A stretch of 64,000 nt of DNA, taken from Macrostomum lignano (Eukaryota). The position numbers and the translations under genes were made by a program. The stretch spans positions 186,001 to 250,000 of the forward strand of contig NIVC01000028.1 of the NCBI GenBank assembly GCA_002269645.1, in the 5' to 3' direction. The notes under the pieces were generated by a model that did no database searches, was not told where the DNA came from, and saw nothing but the letters and a program-made list of their open reading frames with translations. Shown here piece after piece: positions 26,095-39,119 of the stretch; within the stretch, counting starts at the first letter, position 1, and each line of letters begins with the position of its first letter.

Positions 26095-29000
26095 TCATGA
26101 TGAAGGTTGAGAGGATCATGAGGCAGGTGAGAAGATCATGAGGCAGGTGAGAGGATCATCATGGGGCAGGTGAGAAGATCATGAGGCAGGTGAGAGGATC
26201 ATGAGGCAGGTGAGAGGATCATCATGAGGCAGGTGAGAAGATCATGAGGCAGGTGAGAGGATCATGAGGCAGGTGAGAGGATCATGAGGCAGGTGAGAGG
26301 ATCATGAGGCAGGTGAGAGGATCATGAGGCAGGTGAGAAGATCATGAGGCAGGTGAGAGGATCATCATGAGGCAGGTGAGAAGATCATGAGGCAGGTGAG
26401 AGGATCATGAGGCAGGTGGGAGGATCATCATGAGGCAGGTGAGAGGATCATCATGAGGCAGGTGAGAGGATCATGAGGCAGGTGAGAGGATCATGAGGCA
26501 GGTGAGAGGATCATCATGAGGCAGGTGAGAAGATCATGAGGCAGGTGAGAGGATCATGAGGCAGGTGAGAGGATCATCATGAGGCAGGTGAGAGGATCAT
26601 GAGGCAGGTGAGAGGATCATCATGAGGCAGGTGAGAGGATCATCATGAGGCAGGTGAGAGGATCATGAGGCAGGTGAGAGGATCATCATGGGGCAGGTGA
26701 GAGGATCATGAGGCAGGTGAGAGGATCATGAGGCAGGTGAGAGGATCATCATGAGGCAGGTGAGAAGATCATGAGGCAGGTGAGAGGATCATGAGGCAGG
26801 TGAGAGAATCATGAGGCAGGTGAGAGGATCATGGGGCAGGTGAGAGGATCATCATGAGGCAGGTGAGAGGATCATCATGAGGCAGGTGAGAGGATCATCA
26901 TGAGGTAGGTGAGAGGATCATGGAGCAGGTGAGAGGATCATGAGGCAGGTGAGAGGATCATCATGAGGCAGGTAAGAGGATCATGAGGCAGGTGAGAGGA
27001 TCATCATGAGGCAGGTGAGAGGATCATCATGAGGCAGGTGAGAGGATCATCATGAGGCAGGTGAGAGGATCATCATGAGGCAGGTAAGAGGATCATCATG
27101 AGGCAGGTGAGAGGATCATCATGAGGCAGGTGAGAGGATCATCATGAGGCAGGTGAGAGGATCATCATGAGGCAGGTGAGAGGATCATCATGAGGCAGGT
27201 GAGAAGATCATGAGGCAGGTGAGAGGATCATGAGGCAGGTGAGAGGATCATGAGGCAGGTGAGAGGATCATGAGGCAGGTGAGAGGATCATGAGGCAGGT
27301 GAGAAGATCATGAGGCAGGTGAGAGGATCATCATGAGGCAGGTGAGAAGATCATGAGGCAGGTGAGAGGATCATGAGGCAGGTGGGAGGATCATCATGAG
27401 GCAGGTGAGAGGATCATCATGAGGCAGGTGAGAGGATCATGAGGCAGGTGAGAGGATCATGAGGCAGGTGAGAGGATCATCATGAGGCAGGTGAGAAGAT
27501 CATGAGGCAGGTGAGAGGATCATGAGGCAGGTGAGAGGATCATCATGAGGCAGGTGAGAGGATCATGAGGCAGGTGAGAGGATCATCATGAGGCAGGTGA
27601 GAGGATCATCATGAGGCAGGTGAGAGGATCATGAGGCAGGTGAGAGGATCATCATGGGGCAGGTGAGAGGATCATGAGGCAGGTGAGAGGATCATGAGGC
27701 AGGTGAGAGGATCATCATGAGGCAGGTGAGAAGATCATGAGGCAGGTGAGAGGATCATGAGGCAGGTGAGAGAATCATGAGGCAGGTGAGAGGATCATGG
27801 GGCAGGTGAGAGGATCATCATGAGGCAGGTGAGAGGATCATCATGAGGCAGGTGAGAGGATCATCATGAGGTAGGTGAGAGGATCATGGAGCAGGTGAGA
27901 GGATCATGAGGCAGGTGAGAGGATCATCATGAGGCAGGTAAGAGGATCATGAGGCAGGTGAGAGGATCATCATGAGGCAGGTGAGAGGATCATCATGAGG
28001 CAGGTGAGAGGATCATCATGAGGCAGGTGAGAGGATCATCATGAGGCAGGTAAGAGGATCATCATGAGGCAGGTGAGAGGATCATCATGAGGCAGGTGAG
28101 AGGATCATCATGAGGCAGGTGAGAGGATCATAATGAGGCAGGTGAGAGGATCATAATGAGGCAGGTGAGAGGATCATCATGAGGCAGGTGAGAGGATCAT
28201 GGAGCAGGTGAGAGGATCATCATGAGGCAGGTGAGAGGATCATGGAGCAGGTGAGAGGATCATGGGGCAGGTGAGAGGATCATCATGGGGCAGGTGAGAG
28301 GATCATCATGAGGCAGGTGAGAGGATCATCATGAGGCAGGTGAGAGGATCATGAGGCAGGTGAGAGGATCATGAGGCAGGTGAGAGGATCATCATGAGGC
28401 AGGTGAGAGGATCATCATGAGGCAGGTGAGAGGATCATGAGGCAGGTGAGAGGATCATCATGAGGCAGGTGAGAGGATCATCATGAGGCAGGTGAGAGGA
28501 TCATCATGAGGCAGGTGAGAGGATCATCATGAGGCAGGTGAGAGGATCATGAGGCAGGTGAGAGGATCATGAGGCAGGTGAGAGGATCATCATGAGGCAG
28601 GTGAGAGGATCATGAGGCAGGTGAGAGGATCATCATGAGGCAGGTGAGTGGATCATCATGAGGCAGGTGAGAGGATCATGAGGCAGGTGAGAGGATCATC
28701 ATGAGGCAGGTGAGAGGATCATCATGAGGCAGGTGAGAGGATCATGAGGCAGGTGAGAGGATCATGAGGCAGGTGGGAGGATCATGAGGCAGGTGGGAGG
28801 ATCATCATGAGGCAGGTGAGAGGATCATCATGAGGCAGGTGAGAGGATCATGGGGCAGGTGAGAGGATCATGGGGCAGGTGAGAGGATCATGAGGCAGGT
28901 GGGAGGATCATCATGAGGCAGGTGGGAGGATCATCATGAGGCAGGTGAGAGGATCATGGGGCAGGTGAGAGGATCATGGGGCAGGTGAGAGGATCATCAT

Positions 29001-32000
29001 GAGGCAGGTGAGAGGATCATCATGAGGCAGATGAGAGGATCATCATGAGGCAGGTGAGAGGATCATCATGAGGCAGGTGAGAGGATCATCATGAGGCAGG
29101 TGAGAGGATCATGGGCAGGTGAGAGGATCATGGGGCAGGTGAGAGGATCATGAGGCAGGTGGGAGGATCATGAGGCAGGTGGGAGGATCATAAGGCAGGT
29201 GAGAGGATCATCATGAGGCAGGTGAGAGGATCATAATGAGGCAGGTGAGAGGATCATGAGGCAGGTGGGAGGATCATGAGGCAGGTGGGAGGATCATGGG
29301 GCAGGTGAGAGGATCATGAGGCAGATGGGAGGATCATGAGGCAGGTGGGAGGATCATGGGGCAGGTGAGAGGATCATGAGGCAGGTGGGAGGATCATCAT
29401 GAGGCAGGTGAGAGGATCATCATGAGGCAGGTGAGAGGATCATGGGGCAGGTGAGAGGATCATGAGGCAGGTGAGAGGATCATGGGCAGGTGAGAGGATC
29501 ATGAGGCAGGTGGGAGGATCATGAGGCAGGTGAGAGGATCATGAGGCAGGTGAGAGGATCATCATGAGGCAGGTGAGAGGATCATGGGGCAGGTGAGAGG
29601 ATCATGAGGCAGGTGGGAGGATTATGAGGCAGGTGAGAGGATCATGAGGCAGGTGGGAGGATCATGAGGCAGGTGAGAGGATCATGGAGCAGGTGAGAGG
29701 ATCATCATGAGGCAGGTGAGAGGATCATGGAGCAGGTGAGAGGATCATGGGGCAGGTGAGAGGATCATCATGAGGCAGGTGAGAGGATCATCATGAGGCA
29801 GATGAGAGGATCATCATGAGGCAGGTGAGAGGATCATCATGAGGCAGGTGAGAGGATCATCATGAGGCAGGTGAGAGGATCATGGGGCAGGTGAGAGGAT
29901 CATGGGGCAGGTGAGAGGATCATGAGGCAGGTGGGAGGATCATGAGGCAGGTGGGAGGATCATAAGGCAGGTGAGAGGATCATAATGAGGCAGGTGAGAG
30001 GATCATCATGAGGCAGGTGAGAGGATCATGAGGCAGGTGGGAGGATTATGAGGCAGGTGAGAGGATCATGAGGCAGGTGGGAGGATCATGAGGCAGGTGA
30101 GAGGATCATGGAGCAGGTGAGAGGATCATCATGAGGCAGGTGAGAGGATCATGGAGCAGGTGAGAGGATCATGGGGCAGGTGAGAGGATCATCATGAGGC
30201 AGGTGAGAGGATCATCATGAGGCAGATGAGAGGATCATCATGAGGCAGGTGAGAGGATCATCATGAGGCAGGTGAGAGGATCATCATGAGGCAGGTGAGA
30301 GGATCATGGGGCAGGTGAGAGGATCATGGGGCAGGTGAGAGGATCATGAGGCAGGTGGGAGGATCATGAGGCAGGTGGGAGGATCATAAGGCAGGTGAGA
30401 GGATCATCATGAGGCAGGTGAGAGGATCATAATGAGGCAGGTGAGAGGATCATGAGGCAGGTGGGAGGATCATGAGGCAGGTGGGAGGATCATGGGGCAG
30501 GTGAGAGGATCATGAGGCAGATGGGAGGATCATGAGGCAGGTGGGAGGATCATGGGGCAGGTGAGAGGATCATGAGGCAGGTGGGAGGATCATCATGAGG
30601 CAGGTGAGAGGATCATCATGAGGCAGGTGAGAGGATCATGGGGCAGGTGAGAGGATCATGAGGCAGGTGAGAGGATCATGGGGCAGGTGAGAGGATCATG
30701 AGGCAGGTGGGAGGATCATGAGGCAGGTGAGAGGATCATGAGGCAGGTGAGATGATCATCATGAGGCAGGTGAGAGGATCATGGGGCAGGTGAGAGGATC
30801 ATGAGGCAGGTGGGAGGATTATGAGGCAGGTGAGAGGATCATGAGGCAGGTGGGAGGATCATGAGGCAGGTGAGAGGATCATGGAGCAGGTGAGAGGATC
30901 ATCATGAGGCAGGTGAGAGGATCATGGAGCAGGTGAGAGGATCATGGGGCAGGTGAGAGGATCATCATGAGGCAGGTGAGAGGATCATCATGAGGCAGGT
31001 GAGAGGATCATCATGAGGCAGGTGAGAGGATCATGAGGCAGGTGAGAGGATCATTAGGCAGGTGAGAGGATCATAATGAGGCAGGTGAGAGGATCATCAT
31101 GAGGCAGGTGAGAGGATCATGAGGCAGGTGAGAGGATCATCATGAGGCAGGTGAGAGGATCATCATGAGGCAGGTGAGAGGATCATCATGAGGCAGGTGA
31201 GAGGATCATGAGGCAGGTGAGAGGATCATGAGGCAGGTGAGAGGATCATCATGAGGCAGGTGAGAGGATCATGAGGCAGGTGAGAGGATCATCATGAGGC
31301 AGGTGAGAGGATCATCATGAGGCAGGTGAGAGGATCATCATGAGGCAGGTGAGAGGATCATGGGGCAGGTGAGAGGATCATGGGGCAGGTGAGAGGATCA
31401 TGAGGCAGGTGGGAGTATCATGAGGCAGGTGGGAGGATCATAAGGCAGGTGAGAGGATCATCATGAGGCAGGTGAGAGGATCATCATGAGGCAGGTGAGA
31501 GGATCATGAGGCAGGTGGGAGGATCATGGGGCAGGTGAGAGGATCATGAGGCAGGTGGGAGGATCATGAGGCAGGTGGGAGGATCATGGGGCAGGTGAGA
31601 GGATCATGAGGCAGGTGGGAGGATCATGAGGCAGGTGGGAGGATCATGGGGCAGGTGAGAGGATCATCATGAGGCAGGTGAGAGGATCATGGGGCAGGTG
31701 AGAGGATCATGAGGCAGGTGAGAGGATCATGAGGCAGGTGAGAGGATCATGAGGCAGGTGAGAAGATCATGAGGCAGGTGGGAGGATCATGAGGCAGGTG
31801 GGAGGATCATGAGGCAGGTGAGAGGATCATCATGAGGCAGGTGAGAGGATCATGGGGCAGGTGAGAGGATCATGAGGCAGGTGGGAGGATCATGAGGCAG
31901 GTGAGAGGATCATGAGGCAGGTGAGAGGATCATGAGGCAGGTGGGAGGATCATGAGGCAGGTGGGAGGATCATGAGGCAGGTGGGAGGATCATGAGGCAG

Positions 32001-32290
32001 GTGAGAGGATCATGGGGCAGGGGAGAGGATCATGAGGCAGGTGAGAGGATCATCATGAGGCAGGTGAGAAGATCATGAGGCAGGTGAGAGGATCATCATG
32101 AGGCAGGTGAGAGGATCATGGGGCAGGTGAGAGGATCATTATGAGGCAGGTGAGAGGATCATGAGGAAGGTGAGAGGATCATGAGGCAGGTGAGAGGATC
32201 ATGGGGCAGGGGAGAGGATCATGAGGCAGGTGAGAGGATCATCATGAGGCAGGTGAGAAGATCATGAGGCAGGTGAGAGGATCATCATGA
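26095..32290. repeat. 6.2-kb satellite, 20/23-bp unit (GAGGCAGGTGAGAGGATCAT[CAT])n with higher-order duplications
   Basis: Diagnostic variants recur at 966-bp spacing (26801/27767; 26901/27867) and ~1.2-kb spacing (29321/30517; 29621/30818). Confidence 0.97.
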
Positions 32291-33727
32291 CTCTCTCTGT
32301 TGGTTCTCCGTGAGCTGCTGTCAGCGATAAAAACTTTCCAACAAATCAAAGCCAAGAAAACTAAAGCGGAATGAAGAAAATTTATTTGCATCCCGGAAAC
32401 GATTAATCACCCTGACAAATTCACTTCATAAATCTAAAAATGCAGAGAAAACTGCAACTTGAAATGTCTGTACCCCTCTAAATCAGCATTCTAGATTAAC
32501 TTCTTTCTTTCCAAAGAATATTTCGATTCATAAAGGAATCTTAATCTAACAGTCTATAGAGAAACGAAAGAGCTACTACTATCACTATTAGTAGTATGCA
32601 TTAGGACAAGGCTGGAGTATAGAATATAGTTATAGTTAAATTAGTATTTTGGGTAATAAAATGTCAGAAACTAACTCTTAGCCTCAGAAATTAGATCACA
32701 ATAAACTATAATAAACTTTTGAGGAAGTTCTTAGGAATAGAATATTCCATGGCATTAGATATAGTCTTTCTATATTAGTCTTTATATAGAAAAGATCCTC
32801 TCATAGTCCTTCATAGGTTCTAAGCAAGGCTTGGGTTTAACCATATACACAGAAGTGCCCTGTCAACTATGAGACTCATAGGGGAATTGCTAAGATGTCA
32901 AGGCTCACAAGGGTTGTTGCTCAAATGTTTTTAGCTCAGGGATAGGGGTTGCATCAATGCCAAGTGTCTAATGGGAGTTATTGGTAAGCCAAGTATTGAA
33001 GGGCTCATAGGGGATTCTGATATCTTTCAGGTTAGATAGCTAGCTTTCAAGATGGGGACTTTTTCTTTTAAAATATCATTTTCTAAATAAACTAACAAGA
33101 GTGACTATAGAAGGTCAAAAGCTAATTTAGCTTAATTTAAGACCATGTTAAATGTTAATAATCTGAAGGTGGAAGGTTATATAAAATTTAAACTATAAGT
33201 GACTCATAAAAAAGCACTTACTAAACATATTAATTTTTTATTAGGTGAAAATTCCACTTTTATGCATCTACCTTTTCATTGACTAAAGCTTCTAGTTAAT
33301 AGAAAAGTAATGTATTTCAATTAAATAAAATATATATATTTGACTTAGGTTAATTTTTATTAGTAAATAAAGTGGAATAAATATATATTGTATATACTAC
33401 TAGGAAGTAGAAGTCACTAAATGCAACAAATAGTCCATTTTTTCAAATCTTAGTATGAAATAAAAATAAGAATGAATAATTAATTATACCTACCCCACTT
33501 AGGCCAGATAAACTAACAACTTAGCTATAGTTATTGTGTAATGCATCAAAAGGCTGCCTATATAGCTATTCCATTTAAGGATTAGGGGGTCACCATACTA
33601 CCTTCAATTACCCAAGCCTTATTATAGCCAATGGCCATTATTGCTAATAGCAATTAGCCCCTGGCAATTCAAGTATAGTCTAGTACACTGGCATAGTCTA
33701 GTGTGGGAAAACAGGGGCATCTAGGAT

Positions 33728-34087
33728 TTTTTTTAGAGGCAGGGGGGTTGTGTGCACCCTGGCGCAATTTAAGCGTCATTGGCACACAACCGGCGAGAGG
33801 CATTACTGCCCATTCCGCCGACTCCCCTAAACAGGCATACAAGCGTGCGGATACGTACGCAGGCACACAATCACACAGTAGTGTACAGCGGCCCTAACTT
33901 TATATTATCGTTAGGCATGTACACTTCACTGCGCCTTGGGGGGTTGGCTCTCAAGGCCGTTAATTGCACAAGCAGAGCCAAGCTGAGATTCCAATTCAGC
34001 CCCAAATTAATGTGACTGCGCTTGGAATCGAGCCTGGGTCGCTGGCACACCAGAGCAGCTGCGCTACTGCTGGGCTACGGCCCCCCT
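33728..34087 (-). mobile_element. Full-length tRNA-derived SINE (~360 bp)
   Basis: Minus strand starts AGGGGGGCCGTAGCCCAGCAGTAG (A box)...GGCTCGATTCC (B box); ends in an A tract; flanked by a 12-bp TSD GGCATCTAGGAT (33716-33727, 34088-34099); CpG intact, so likely young. Confidence 0.85.
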
Positions 34088-34102
34088 GGCATCTAGGATA
34101 GT

Positions 34103-34379
34103 CATACATGCGCAACCCCCCTGATTTACACTGGCCATGCGACTTACTTTTTGACCAAAAATGTGACTTACCTGTGAAAGAAACTCTAGAGCAACATTAA
34201 CGCAATTTTGGGTAACTGGCAGGAGTAATTATGACTGTCTAATAAAGGCTAAATGCATCATCATCTAATTAGTACTATGTCTATATTCTTTGGGATGGGC
34301 ATTTTTGCGACTTATCCCTAGTCCACCACAATTTACAGTGGCTAGATTGGCCAGGTCAGCTAGCAGTTGCACATGTATG
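34103..34379. mobile_element. 28S-fragment-bearing MITE, copy 2 (older, CpG-decayed)
   Basis: TIRs CATACATGCGCAAC and GTTGCACATGTATG; 8-bp TSD AGGATAGT/AGGATAAT (7/8 match); colinear with copy 1; 28S-like core at 34210-34273. Confidence 0.88.
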
Positions 34380-37323
34380 AGGATAATTCAGACCTAGGCT
34401 ACAATAGTGTATCCTAGCTAATGCTGGTATCCTTTTTATAGCTTGGTGAACTAAAACAATTCAAAGTTAAGTGTCTTGCTCAAAAAAATAATTTTCCAAG
34501 TGGGTTAGGAATTGAACCCTTGAACTTTTAGTTAAGTCTGATAGCATATCTAAAGGCTATATATGGCTACTCATTATAAGGACTAGGGGGTCACCACATA
34601 TGCCTTTAAGTTCAATTAGTCTAGCTAATGCTAATACTAATTTTAAAGCTGGGTAGATTGAAATGTCTTGCTCAGACAAAAACATTTCCAAGTAGGTCAC
34701 AAATTGAACCTTTAGCCTTTGAGACATGAGTCAAATACTCTAACCATTATGCTATAACCCAGTGTTCAGATGGTACTAGAGAAAAATTCCTGTTTTGTTA
34801 TGGTATGCCAATTGTTTATCACTTTTTGTAGTTGCAACAATAAAAGACCTTTTGCAAGATGTTTGCAATTATGACAATAAAATCTTTTTAAAACAAAATA
34901 TTTTTTATAAAATATTACAAAAAGCAAAAATGTAAAGCAAAAAACAACAAATTTCCAAATGTTTATAATCAGAAAAGTACTATTAGTATTTGTATAAAAA
35001 TGGAATTTTTATTAAAACTTTTGTCATGGTTAAAATGCAAGCATGTACTCATAGTTTTAAAAAGCAAATTATTGTAAGTTGTGTATCAAAATTTTTTTAA
35101 GCTGAAAGTAGTATGCCTTCAATCAATGAATAACTCTTCAATGATATATAACCTAAGAATATTTAGCAAGTATAAATTGCAAGAAGATATGCACATGCAT
35201 AAGTTGACCTTATAGGTATGCATACCAGTATGCATGTATACATAAGTTAATGACCTATGCATAGATATAAGAGGCACTACAAAAGTTGAGCTTAACCAAG
35301 ATCACTAAACATTAAAGCTCCAAAACTCTAGAACATAGCCATTAGGACTAAAATACTTATTGCATTAAGATTAGTTGATAGCAACAAATGGCTGAAAGTC
35401 AAAGAGCTTTCTAAACTAAATAAACAAAAACAAAAACTTAGTTAAGCTAAATAAAAACAAATTTGTAAAGAAAATATTTAGCATACAAAACAAAAGGGCC
35501 TAAAAATTGAATTTTTATAAAATGATTTTATTTATATTTATAATTGGCACGATATGAGTTGAGTATATCTATGATCATTTAACATTTTTGTCTAAAACAC
35601 TAGGGATAATTCTATAATTTCCTATTCTTGAACAAGACCTTTGGCAATTGGGAACTTCCTATATCATTATTATATGTCATATTATTAATAACATCCATTA
35701 ATATCATTTATATATTTTAAAACAAAAATAGACACTTGATGTTACATTTGTTCCCTATTATACACTCTGTCATTTACAAAGCTTAATCATTTACAAAGCT
35801 TAAAGTTACTTCAGATTTCTTATTTTCAATAAAAATAATTTAATATGCAAAACTATAGCCAGTATAGGACTGCCAAAATGGGTTATTAGCTTTGCTCTAT
35901 AATTTGAAAGGTGATGTGTTTACCAGAATCTAGTGTACAATGGTACTTGCAATTTTTCAGTATTAGCATATACCAATATAAATATAAACCCAATACTAAT
36001 ACTAATACCAATACTACTACTATTATTAATTAGTAAATTGCTTTTCTTCAAACTCATATTTGCATATATATTACCATGGCAAATAACAAGACACTCAATG
36101 AAGTCCCTAATAATACTATTTACAATGCAATTTAATGCAAATAATAATTATTAGGGGCAACCAAAAATATTTTTAATTTTTTAACCATTATTTATCATTC
36201 CAAGATAATGATAAAAAGCTTGCTAAGCTAGCTAATATTGCCAAAAAGATAAATAGTAGATTACAAATATCAATAGCCTAGGGCACACTATATTGCATAA
36301 AAACCAGGTAAAAGTCATTAATGTAAATCAAGTCTATCAAGTCTATTTAAAGGAAAAGGCATTGTAATTTGTATTAACTATTATAAAAATAAATATTGTT
36401 ATTGTAGTTTCATCTGAGGCCCAACTTTTAACAGAATGTTCTAATAACCTTTTAATGGAACTAGCATGTCAAGGGAGACATGCCATATAATTTTTCTGCT
36501 AAATATCTTAGTATACGGTACTTTTCCTATATACCGTTATTGATACATTAATAATTTTCATTTATCGCGCCTTGATACGGCCTTTTAAAGTCTTAAATTT
36601 AAACTGCATTTTTCTTTTTTTCTGTATAACAAAAGATAAAAACGCCCTACGTGCAAAAATTAACCCTTTTACTTTTTCACTGTAAGAAAACTAAACTTGC
36701 TTTATTATAGCTATATTACTTGCTTCAATAATAAAATGAAGGACAAATTCAAATTCTCTTGGTATTATCGCGTTTCGGGACAGTTCGTCGCTTCGATCGA
36801 GTTCGAAGCTGTTTTTTCGGGATCGCAGATTTGCGTCTGAAACAGAAACCACGATAAATATGCGCTTTCAATTTATCAATAAAAATTGGATTAATAAGTT
36901 AATCTGTACAGCCCTAATGTTCGAAATCTATATAATAATTTAAAATTTCCAAGTGTTCAACTGGACGCCAAGCTACGTTTACATATGCATGCAATACTTA
37001 GGCAACTCAAGGTCAACTAAAGCAACATATATACAGGACGTGACACTCACGTTTTATGGGCAAAGTTTTGACAGCCACTCTTTGCCAAAAATACACTTAC
37101 TGAGATACAGGAAGTTTTCATTTTTCCGCACAAAAATTGTTACTGCTTTCGATAAGACGCTGCAAAACCAATGTTCATCTTTTGAAAATTTCTGCCTTCT
37201 TATAGCTCTATCGATATTCATAAAGCTTTTCGTTCAGAATATTTATGTTTCTGTGTTAATTTTTTATTTGGTCTGCCTCTCCTATCAAAAGCAATACTGT
37301 AGTTCAAATTGTGTGCTGAAAAC

Positions 37324-37531
37324 TTAATTCCCATCTCCGTGTGTAGTGTATGTTTCGTCGAAAAGTGGCCTAGCTTCTAAACATTCACCATAGATTTCGA
37401 GTGACGCGTCCTTAATTCTACTCAAGTAGTACTTGGGGCAACTCAAGGACCACTGTAAACGACTGCTATACATGTACTTGTCGTTCCTTGAGGCAACTAT
37501 ATTCACGCGATGCTGTGATATCAACGCCATT
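37324..37531 (-). CDS. Possible additional terminal exon of the tetraspanin (adds 68 aa to the cytoplasmic tail)
   Basis: Strong acceptor CTTTTCATTTATTTTATAG|A at 37532; phase matches a GA|GTAAAG donor at 38014/38013; open to TAA at 37326-37324; AATAAA at 37268-37263. Confidence 0.4.
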
Positions 37532-38009
37532 CTATAAAATAAATGAAAAGGCCGGCTAATTTATCAATATTTGTAAATTAAGTAATATTTAGTGGAAATT
37601 CTATCGAAGAAATGCTAAATTCAAGCCTTCTACAGTCTCTCGTGTATTTTAACGAAATAATATTCGTCGTTAAAGTATATTCTCTATGTTAAGCTTTACA
37701 TAAAATGCAACCAAGAGCTATAGTTTTTTTACCAAGTAAAGCAGGATGCATAGACAGTGACGTAATTTAATATTGAACCGTTTCAATTGAATCCTTTGTT
37801 GTTTAAACAGAAAGCATCTTAGAATGCATTTATGTACTTATATTGAAGTTGTAAACTAGCAGTGCCACAGCCTTTACAAATCTAGGACAATCCTAGTTAA
37901 CAACCTAAATAAGAATGGTACCTTTATATTCGCAAATTCATTTGACGAGGCAACCTCTTAGCAGTTCTCGTTTGATCGAGTTTAAAAAAGCTCATTTGAT
38001 GTCGGAGCT

Positions 38010-38069
38010 TTACTCCTTAGTCTCGGGACCGTACATGAGCAGCAGTACCGTGTAGACACCCGAAAGGAT
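38010..38069 (-). CDS. Tetraspanin exon 5 (ILSGVYTVLLLMYGPETKE*; end of TM4)
   Basis: Acceptor TATATTTATCAG; phase 0; completes TM4; TAA at 38012-38010. Confidence 0.8.
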   Translation of the reverse strand: MLSGVYTVLLLMYGPETKE

Positions 38070-38673
38070 CTGATAAATATACAAGGTATTTTCATTACGA
38101 GCGCAAGCATATATACATGATTAAATACTGTCTCAGAGGTGTTGTGTTGAAGTGGCGTGTTTAATGAACTGAATTCAAGTCTGCATCTCCCCAACAGGAC
38201 GCCCCTGGCGTACAAAAATCAGCGTGGCAGCGTCTATATTGTTGGGCCAATTATTCTTGATATTTTTAAAGGCTTGACACTACCAGTAATACCAGAGCCG
38301 GTGATTTCGGATTGCTATAGATTGGTTAAAGGAGAATGAGCCTTCAAAACTTAAAGAAAACAAAATGTTATCTTCTTTTAATTATTGCTGCTTTCTGTGA
38401 TTCTCGTGGTTACCCGCTAGCTGGACACCCCAACCAGTTTTTCTGGAGTGCGGCTTTTGATGGCGCGATTATATTTGAGGGGCACCCTTTTCGCTACAAG
38501 TAGCTTTCTTCTCTGATTGGGCAACGATTTTGCGCGAAAATCTTTTTCCCACGTTAATAGCCCGTGAATCGTTAATACTAGATATAAATTACTAGGCATA
38601 AAAAATCATGTAGTTACTGTTGGCTGTGGTACTTTGTATTACAGACAAATTAACACCTAGCAAGACTACTTAC

Positions 38674-38757
38674 TTGCATAATTGTGCTCAGGGTTACTTC
38701 AACGAATACAGCAAAGAGTTCGCGACCATAGTCCTTGTACAGCTCATTTATGCAATC
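38674..38757 (-). CDS. Tetraspanin exon 4 (DCINELYKDYGRELFAVFVEVTLSTIMQ; last EC2 Cys and start of TM4)
   Basis: Acceptor CTGCAG, donor GTAAGT; 84 nt, phase 0; TM4 E...Q polar residues typical of tetraspanins. Confidence 0.88.
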
Positions 38758-38843
38758 CTGCAGTGTTAATGAAGAAGAATTTGTGGTAAAAGAAGTACAA
38801 ACTATAAAGGACTATATGTATGCAAAAATAAGCATGAACTCAC

Positions 38844-39032
38844 GGTTGGATGCACGTGGCCGGCATTCCTGGCATCCGCGATGTCCGTGGCTTCGCGACA
38901 CTTGTCACTGTGAGTTGTGCAGCACTGGTCCGGTAGGTTAATAGTCGAAAATTTTGTTTTGATATTCTCGTGCCAGGATGTCTTGAGGAAGATATTTTCC
39001 TTTTCGTTTCCGCTAAAGCCGCAGCACGGTGT
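38844..39032 (-). CDS. Tetraspanin exon 3 (TPCCGFSG...LPDQCCTTHSDKC...HVHPT; EC2 core)
   Basis: Hallmark CCG and PxxCC motifs; acceptor ACTTTTTAG, donor GTGAGT; 189 nt, phase 0. Confidence 0.93.
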
Positions 39033-39119
39033 CTAAAAAGTTGGGTGGCTCATGCTTGCAGTTCAGGGCAATTCCGGGTAACTATCATCGTTCGCGGCAG
39101 AATGCCCGTTTACTTTACC

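Larger units (their letters stand above)
33565..34750. mobile_element. Two old, degenerate tandem SINE-like relics (MIR/CORE-like motif); the first is interrupted by a young SINE and a MITE
   Basis: Shared blocks TAAGGAYTAGGGGGTCACCA, CTAGCTAATGCT, TGTCTTGCTCA, TTCCAAGT...ATTGAACC...GCTATA occur twice; the motif resembles the MIR/CORE AAGTGxCTTGCxCAA...GAACC segment. Confidence 0.5.
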
